Part shown: piece after piece, positions 55,204 through 64,000 of the stretch
Numbering within the stretch: position 1 is the first letter of the stretch
How the letters are laid out: every line of letters begins with the position of its first letter
Assembly (NCBI GenBank): GCA_964016885.1
Contig: OZ024740.1
Coordinates: 61,256,001-61,320,000 of the forward strand
Length of the DNA: 64,000 nt
Reading direction: 5' to 3'
Source of the DNA: Eledone cirrhosa
Lineage: Eukaryota
Program-made: the position numbers and the translations under genes
The notes under the pieces: generated by a model
Told to the model about the DNA's origin: nothing
Databases searched by the model: none
What the model saw: only the letters and a program-made list of their open reading frames with translations

Positions 55204-55460
55204 TGCAGTGCCTTTGCTCACTATAAAAGCTTCACGGCACAGGCATTGCTTTATATCTGGAGATCTCTCTGCACTTGTCGTCACATGGTACCATGGGTCC
55301 AGCACTATGTGTCAATAATTGTCACAGGTGTAGTGTTTGTACCAGAGTTTTCAAGTCGCTGGCTGGACTAAAAGGTCACACTCGTTCAGCGCATCGGTAG
55401 GGGTTCTCCTATATGGATATAAAGTAGTGGCCGTACTCGAAAACGAGTTGGCAACCACCA
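55204..55460 (+). mobile_element. 3' part of the 608-bp RTE-derived element
   Basis: Reverse complement of 35456-35714, flanked by (TATG)n. Confidence 0.8.
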
Positions 55461-55564
55461 TGTATGTATGTATGTATGTATGTATGTATGTATGTATGTA
55501 TGTATGTATGTATGTATGTATGTATGTATGTATGTATGTACATGTATGCATGTGTATGTATATG

Positions 55565-55911
55565 CGCGATGACATAAAAATAATCGGGCTGGATACCTGA
55601 TGGCACGGTTAAACCACTGGGAGTGAAGGACCCCTAGCTTTTGTCGGGGCATTCTTCTGGGAGAAGGCAACTCAGGAAACTGGGATAACTCCGATATAAA
55701 ACCTGCGGCTCAGTAGTTACCGATGTTGATCTTTTCTTCTTTTCGGGTTATAGCTACTGTCGCTCAGAGAGTGGGATTGGCTCAGTGCACAGTCTTTCCT
55801 CACTTTAAAAAAATCTTCACGCATAGGCATTGCACGATAGCATTAATTAATAATTATTAATAATGTTATATCGTGCAATGGCCATACTCGATAACGAGGG
55901 GACAGCCATCA
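55565..55911 (+). mobile_element. Related RTE-derived short element
   Basis: CTGGGAGAAGGCAACTC motif and 3' end GGCCATACTCGATAACGAG..AGCCATCAT-(GTAT)n; a third relative lies at 58696-58895 (-). Confidence 0.55.
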
Positions 55912-55994
55912 TGTATGTATGTATGTATGTATGTATGTATGTATGTATGTATGTAGGTGTATACGCTTGTATGTGTGCGTGCGTGCGTGCGTAC

Positions 55995-56077
<83 letters not shown>

Positions 56078-58134
56078 TGTGTGCGTGTGTGTATGTGTGT
56101 GTGTGTGTGTCTGTGTGTGTGCGTGTGTACATAGTTGTTCCAACTAGGAAAGCAGTCACTCTGAACATGTATGACTGTACGGGGTAGACGAGGACACCGT
56201 AAGCCGCAGAGAAGGCGACCTGTTAAACAGAGTAGTTACTCTGAAATGAAACTGATGCAGAGTAGAGAGAACACTTAAGTCTTGAGAAACATCTCTAGTG
56301 TTAGTGGTACGATGAAATGCACTCAGTCAACCCTATAAAGTAGCTGGTGATAGGAAGGACATCCAGCCAGAAAACCTCTTTAAAAAAAGCCTCTGACTAT
56401 CACAACATATTGTATTTAAAAGTAAAATAATTGCGTGTACAGAGCTAACATTAATTATGATAGTGTTGTGCAAAAACCTCTCGAATGTCATCAACGATGG
56501 CGCATTCCCTTTCAAGTACTGATGCTGATACCAAAAGACGACCCAACTAACAAGGGACTCTCCACTATTCTAAGATAACCAAATTCAAGATCATGTTTAC
56601 ATCATTGGCATATTATTGGCTATGTTTTTGTAAGACGTAACGATTTGCGGGATGTCAGATCTATCCGTTGTATGAGAGGAGGGAAGTGTTGGACGGCCCA
56701 CGGTCTCCTATGACAAACTCTCCGTGTTCGTGTAAGGAAGAAGAAACATGGCTGTGTCAAGGTGCATAATGTATAAACGTCGCACAATTGACCTGTCCCC
56801 CAAAACGTAAGAATTTTCGAGGCGCAGTTCAGCAAATTGAAGTCACCAACAGTCATGACGTTTGTCTGTCTCTCAGCAAACAGATTTATGGGGCAATGGC
56901 CACAACTTTAGGTTATGTAAAGATAAAACATCAGAACTTGTTTACTGCAAACGAACCACCAATGGAAAGCTTTCTAAGGGAAAAGAAAACATACATATAT
57001 ACATGGCCTGATTTAGACCTTGACGGCTTCATGTTTAGGCGGGGTGGGGGATCCCTCATACACAAAAACTTTACAATACACAGCAAATTAATTGAAATGA
57101 AAAGTTATATACGAAGGTATTAAATTTAAAAAAATCTAACCATCCTCATTTTACGTCCACTTTCCACACTGGTATGTGTTGGACAGGTTGTCACAGTCTG
57201 AGACCTCACATATCGGAGTGATCTCATCTTACTCATACATTACACATTTAGCATGATTTCTATGGCTGGGTGTCCTTCCTAACGTAACCACTTTAAAGTG
57301 TTTACTAAATGCATTGTTTTTGCGATCTATCACAACCACTTTGCATCATCATCAGACGGCCTCAGCCGAAATCGACGTCGGTCTCTCGTTCATTGTCGTT
57401 GCCAAGTCCTGGATTTCTATATCAGAATCTCTGGAGATGACATCGGGATAGTAGAGCTTTCGCCCCCTGTTATTAGAGACTAGTTGTGGTTTCCAAAGCA
57501 CTAGTGGAGACACAGCCTCAGAGGTGGAACGATGGCCACTTTACATAGTTGACTAGGTATATTCTACCAAGGCACCAACGCTATCAATTTACAGGATGTA
57601 CTGATTGTATTTTATCGTGGCACTAGTACTAAAGAGGTCATCACATGCTTGGCCAGAACAAATCGTTTCCTTATATACTATATTGTCTCCATTCGATTGC
57701 TAAGCACTGTAGCCTCCAATCTCTCAGTATACCTACTTTTAGTATTTCACTTCTTGTACTGGTGGACATGTCTTTTGTATTATGTCATATCACCAATCAG
57801 CTCTGTTCTGCGTCATCTCCTTTGTCAGGTTCAGTTTCTTGATGTTATTCTTTACAACTTCGTCTTATGTTTTCCTTGATCTTCTACTTGAAGTGTTTGG
57901 CAGTTTAAAAAAAAATATAATTCTCGCTCTCCTTTTGTATCACATGCCTATATCAGCGCAATCGTCATTCTTGCACAGTATATTCAATTAAAATTTTCTC
58001 CCAGCTCACTTGAGCTCTGTCGTTCACTGCACATCCAGCGAAACCACTGCAAATATTCTGACCAGTTATACATGGATCTAACACGGAAGCATACATAATT
58101 GTAAAAATAGAGGCATGTATAGAAGCATATACAG

Positions 58135-58351
58135 CAGGCATGTCAACTGAAGGTCCCTCGAGGGCCACATGGGTCACATGTATGTTGTCTGAGGCTCACA
58201 CACGACAAGTAATTGCGTACATTACAACACATTTTTTCATTTTATATTACGAAGATAAAACATGCTCACGCTGTAAAAACCTTTGTGCAGGCCACAGGTG
58301 TGCTTGTAAAGGGCCGCATGCGGCTCGCGGGTCGCATGTTTGACATGCCTG
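58135..58351. mobile_element. hAT-type MITE (217 bp)
   Basis: 12-bp TIR CAGGCATGTCAA/TTGACATGCCTG; 8-bp TSD ATATACAG/ATATACAA. Confidence 0.85.
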
Positions 58352-58977
58352 ATATACAATATGTTTATGTATAACATACATACATAAGTCTCACTTTGAT
58401 CATGTCAAAGTGACTTCAGTAACTATGTGAGAACACCAAATATTACAGGGATGTCAGTTCTTTGACGACGCATCTTTTGATAGCTCTAACTTTTTTCTAA
58501 CTTGTTCTGGTTATCATAGTAAGGACATTAAATACCTTTGTTAAAAAACAGCCCTTGTTGTCAAAGGGATAAAACTAAAAAGCCCTGCAAAGGGCATAAA
58601 TTGGTACGGCCGTCGCTGTTGCGGTCCCTCGCTACGAGGGCCTCGGTGCAATTTTCCCCTTTGTCCCCCATTAAATTTGGCCCTGCATACATACATGATG
58701 GCTACAAACTCTGCTAAGAGTATTGCTTGTCAGATTATAGAGTTTGGTGCACCCTTAGGCTACGGCTAGCCACACGAACCTGTAACATCCTGAACAAGCA
58801 ATGTCTGTGCTTTGAAGGTTTTTAAAGTGGGGAAAGACTTGCACTCGACCAATCCCACTCTCTGAGCATCGAAAACTCTAACCGAAAAGGAGAACATACA
58901 TACATACGTACATACATACGTACATACATACATACATACATACATACATACATACATACATACATACATACATACAT

Positions 58978-59223
58978 GGTGGCTGCCAACTCGTTTTCGA
59001 GTACGGCCACTACTTTATATCCATGTAGGAGAACTCCTACCGATGCGCTGAACGAGTGTGACTTTTTAGTCCAGCCAGCGACTTGAAAACTCTGGTACAA
59101 ACACTACACTTGTGACAATTATTGACACATAGTGCTGGGCCCATGGACTAAAAACTAAAACCTGTCAAAGGGCAAAGGAGCTCTTAAGAGTCAATGGCCA
59201 TCCAAAATCACCGGGAGAGATGA
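58978..59223 (-). mobile_element. Rearranged (5'-inverted) copy of the 608-bp element
   Basis: 58978-59145 matches the 3' end; 59145-59223 is an internal piece in opposite orientation. Confidence 0.75.
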
Positions 59224-59289
59224 CATACATACATACATACATACATACATACATACATACATACATACATACATACATACATACATACA

Positions 59290-59897
59290 TGGTGGTTGCC
59301 AACTCGTTTTCGAGTACGGCCACTACTTTATATCCATGTAGGAGAACCCCTACTGATGCGCTAAACGAGTGTGACTTTTCAGTCCAGCCAGCGACTTGAA
59401 AACTCGGGTACAAACACTACACTTGTGACAATTATTGACACATAGTGCTGGGCCCATGGTACCATGTCACGACAAGTGCAGAGAGATCTCCAGATATAAA
59501 GCAATGCCTGTGCCGTGAAGCTTTTATAGTGAGCAAAGGCACTGCACAAAGCCAGTCCCACTCTCTTAACCAAGATGATATTTACCAAAAAGAAGAATAA
59601 GTCAACATCATTGGATACCATCAGAGTTGCAGGTGTTATATCAGAGTTTTCCTTCTCCTAGAATTCTGCCTTGACAAAGGCTAAGGGGTCATCTCTCCCG
59701 GTGATTTTGGATGGCCATTGACTCTTAAGAGCTCCTTTGCCCTTTGACAGGTCTTGTTTTTAGTCCTGCAGGATGTCCAAAGTCACCCTCCTCACCAAGT
59801 AACCTTGGTGGGGTTGCCAGTTTAGTCGCCAACGACCCGACCATGAGACAGGTTGTACTGGGATACATGTTACCAGTAGCACCAACTGGTGACCTGA
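59290..59897 (-). mobile_element. 608-bp RTE-derived element, full copy
   Basis: Highly similar to 35456-36064; flanked by (CATA)n. Confidence 0.8.
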
Positions 59898-60029
59898 CAT
59901 ACCTGACATACATACATACATACATACAAGTGTATGAATACAATCGGTGCGGTTTGGTATTAGATACACATTTTACTTTTTCATAAACACAGAGATCCGG
60001 ACATGTATATAAGTGTGTGTATGTAAATG

Positions 60030-60070
<41 letters not shown>

Positions 60071-60174
60071 ATTTAGTTTTGCTTTCGCTTTTCTCTCAAA
60101 GCAGACTTTCCCTTCCACTTTCGTTCTCTCTACACCCTTTTCTTTTTAACTCGGTACGGAAAAATTCTCCGTGC

Positions 60175-60606
60175 TTAACACCAACACAACCATCACCACT
60201 ACCACTGCAACCGCCACCACCTTACAATCTACCACCAGTAGCATACCAATACTACCACACAATCCCTTTTATCCCGACTGATTACCTTTTACCATACCAC
60301 TAGCCCGCAATACTTACGACTGCAACAACTCAGTTCTAGTCACCCCACCTCACCCTACCTCGTACCGATTGTCTTTCTTCCACTACCACCACTCCCCTCT
60401 TTACTACGGCAACGATCACCCACTTACCACCACCACCACCGCCGCCGCCGGCAAGAATATACCACCACCAACCTTTTCCCCTATTACCACGTTCCTTCTA
60501 TCTTTCTATCACTACTACCGCCGCCGCCACCGCCACCACTAATAACATTAACAACACTACAACTCCTATCATTTTAACTCCCCCCCCACCACCGATGTCA
60601 CTCCTA

Positions 60607-60638
<32 letters not shown>

Positions 60639-60993
60639 TCCCACCAATACCACTACCACCACCACCACCAACAACTACAATAATTCATAGTTTTCACCTC
60701 TTCCTCTCCCCGCCACCACTGATTCCACTCCTCCTACTCTCTTTATCCTACCACCACCACCACCACCACCATTAACAGCAACAATAACAGCACTACAACT
60801 TCTAGCGCTTTAACCCTCTCACAGCCACCGATTTCACCCCTACTACTTTTTCTGTCTGTCTGTCTCTCTCTCTCACACACACACATTCACTCTCTTATTG
60901 CCGATACGACCATCCCATTTAACAACAACAATAAAAATAGTAAAACCACTACCACTTAAAGTATCCCCACCACCACCGATTTCACTCCTACAG

Positions 60994-61054
<61 letters not shown>

Positions 61055-61915
61055 TCTTACCACCGTTACTACCACCAATAACAACAACAATAACAACAAT
61101 ACAACCACTACCACTTTAACTACCCCACCACCACCACCGATTTGATCCTTACTGCTCTCTCTCTCTCTTTCTCTCTTTCTCTATCTATCTATCTGTTCCC
61201 CCTCTCTCTTATTCACACACGCACGCTCTCATACCACCAATACTCCCTCACCACCATAAACAACAACAATAACCATACTACGACTTCAACCCACCCCTCT
61301 ATTTCACCCCTACACTTTCTCTATCTCCATCGACACTACCGAAACCACCAACAACAATAATACTAATACTAATACTAATACTACTCCTACTACCACTTAA
61401 GCCTCTAAGAGTGAAACCCCCTCATCCCATCATCTCGGATTTCCACCCCCGTTTACTGTCCAAAGCCTCACTTCCTCCCCCTCCCATCTCTCTCCCCCTC
61501 CTCACTGCTCCTCACTCATATCAAGCACCAATACCACTTAATCACACGTTAAACCCCCCCCCCTCCACACACCATCACCACCACACGCCGCTACTACCAC
61601 CACCACCACCATCACCACCACCATCAACAACAACAACAACAACACACACAATCATCACCATCAAACCTCATCACCAACACCAACACCACCACACACCACT
61701 ACCATCACACCACCATCATTACTACCACCGCCGCCGCCATTTTCATCACCGCCTTCATTACCACCACAAGACACCGTAACCACCAACACCACCGACATCA
61801 GTCACCACCACCACCACCACCACTACTACAATCACCACCACCACAACCACCATTACCATCGCCACAACCACAATCCCCACTACCACTAGTACAACCACCA
61901 CCACAACCACCACAC
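60175..61915. repeat. (ACC/ACA)n and (CT)n low-complexity region with loose higher-order repeats
   Basis: Recurring CACCACCGATTTCACTCCTAC-(CT)n module. Confidence 0.8.
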
Positions 61916-62072
61916 TTTTCCCCTACCTCCGACGGTCGGCTGGCTGGGCGGGAGGCTGGATGGTTGGCTGGCTGTTTGGTTGATTGATTGGTTGACTGGA
62001 TGGCTGGTTCACTGGCTGGCTGGCTGGCTGGTTGATTGGCTGACTGGTTAACTGTCTGACTCGTTGAATGGT

Positions 62073-62107
<35 letters not shown>

Positions 62108-62510
62108 GTGGTTTGTTCGGTTGTTCGGTGGATCGGTTGTCATACATTCCGTCGTTGCAAGTTCAACGGCACGCCAGCCGTCAGCCGGGCACGCGACAAT
62201 CACCTACCTACCTAGCAGCATTCCCTTCTTACAATGGGCTCGCTTCTCTCTCTCGCACTCTCACCCTCTCTTTCATATATTCTGCTAACTTTACAATCCC
62301 ACACTAATATCCTACATTGAAGTTCATCAATTCTTTTTTTCTTTTTTTTGACAACACACACACTGATAGATACATACGTTGATACATGCACACACATATA
62401 CATATATATCTGAATACATAAAACACATACACATACGAGCATATATATATATATATTATATATAAATGAAAGGTATAGAAAGTATTGTAGCAAGAAGCCA
62501 ACAGTATTCC

Positions 62511-62595
<85 letters not shown>

Positions 62596-62994
62596 CATAC
62601 ATAAAATCATACACACATATATAGACACGAACATATATACATAATATAAATTACATATATGCATACATACATGTCTTTTAAACTTTAACTACCACTATTT
62701 ACCATATCATTCTAAAATCTACTAATAACAATAACAACAATACTACTAATACTTTTACTATTAATAATGGTAATGACAAAGTATAATTCTAGCTTGTTGC
62801 TTAGTTAGGTCGACCTTCTGTGTGCGCTGGCTGACTCAAGATCAAAACCAACTTTCAATGGATTATATCATACAGACCTTTGGGGATTACACATATCTAT
62901 GTACATATACAAAGACATGGATTGCTCTACAGATGCAAACATAAATATATCTATGTTGATATAGAAATACACACACACGCACGCACACACATAG

Positions 62995-63025
<31 letters not shown>

Positions 63026-63511
63026 CACGAAAAAATCATATATTCAAAAAGAAGGAGAAAGTAAATTCAAACACACAATTTATAGACAAATACTAAAAAC
63101 AATACTTGCGGTGCACACGGGTAAATATCAACACTACACACATAGTAGCAACACTACATACATAGTATATACATATACTATGTATATGTATATATATATG
63201 TGTGTATATATATATATGTGTGTGTGTGTGAAGTGAGGCACTAATCAATATGATTTTAATTTGATGAGATCCATTGTTAAAAAATCACACTAGAAAAATT
63301 GAAAACATGACTTTAGAATTATTTTACGGCCCTAACGTATTGTGAGGCCCTAAACTGTAATCTTATGTCTATATCCGATATTCCATATGTATATACCTAT
63401 GTACACACAGAAACAGACACACACCGTTGTATATAAACCGATATATATATATATTTTAAAATTTCATACTTAAAAACAAATACAAGTGTACTTCACATTC
63501 TACAATTCTAA

Positions 63512-63543
<32 letters not shown>

Positions 63544-63584
63544 ACACACACACACACACACACACGCGCACACACGCACGCACG

Positions 63585-63677
<93 letters not shown>

Positions 63678-63867
63678 CCGAATTGATGTTTTGTTGAAGT
63701 TTTACAAGCGGAAAAAAATTCACCTTGACTACAAATGTGTCCTACCCGGAATTATTCGTCCACTGCGAACGTTGGAAGGGGTTAAGATTTTGTGTGTGTC
63801 TCTCTCTTCCTCTCTCTATATAGTTGTATATGTACATGTGTATCTCTATAGAAGGGCTTTGACAGAA

Positions 63868-64000
63868 ATGGATTATTTCAACTCTCCGTTTCTGGACTGC
63901 CCCGATACTCTATCGATCAATGCTATGATCGAAACGTTGGACAAAGATGTACAAGGAGACTTAGAACACTTCTTACAAAGTTCGATCCCCGATGGCAATA
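63868..64000 (+). CDS. Candidate start of a host coding exon, runs off the window (MDYFNSPFLDCPDTLSINAMIETLDKDVQGDLEHFLQSSIPDGN...)
   Basis: Unique sequence, pyrimidine tract and TATAG acceptor at about 63851, AGAAATGG start context, 44 open codons to the edge; product not recognised. Confidence 0.4.
   Translation, partial: MDYFNSPFLDCPDTLSINAMIETLDKDVQGDLEHFLQSSIPDGN

Noticed and set aside
56130-57300. Possible decayed RTE/SINE fragments and ORF 56788-57123
   Set aside because: Too degenerate to assign boundaries or a product from sequence alone
61411-62147. Pro/His-rich and QPAS-repeat ORFs
   Set aside because: Derived from (ACC)n and (GGCT)n simple repeats, with no splice or domain support

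Overview
AT-rich, microsatellite-saturated animal DNA. The repeat landscape (very long (TA)n, (CATA)n and (CA)n tracts, tRNA-derived SINEs) suggests a coleoid cephalopod such as Octopus; this is inference. Almost the whole window is transposon-derived. It holds a head-to-tail cluster of four Tx1/L1-type LINEs in (TATC)n, two Penelope-like elements (RT + GIY-YIG), R4/Dong-type and CRE-type restriction-like-endonuclease LINE fragments, a CR1 fragment, RTE-derived non-autonomous elements, a non-autonomous Helitron, hAT-type MITEs, SINEs and a degenerate tRNA-Leu. The main signal not shown by the ORF track is RNA-level. A 4-kb fold-back array of 13 near-identical 310-bp units each carries a complete type I hammerhead ribozyme (retrozyme-like, predicted 310-nt circRNA). 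About ten further, mostly unrelated hammerhead-bearing Penelope-LTR-like families sit in (TA)n tracts, usually as palindromes. Two of these carry the compensatory U3-A8 core variant. The only candidate host coding exon starts about 130 bp before the right edge. All folds and alignments were done by eye, so coordinates may be off by a few bases.
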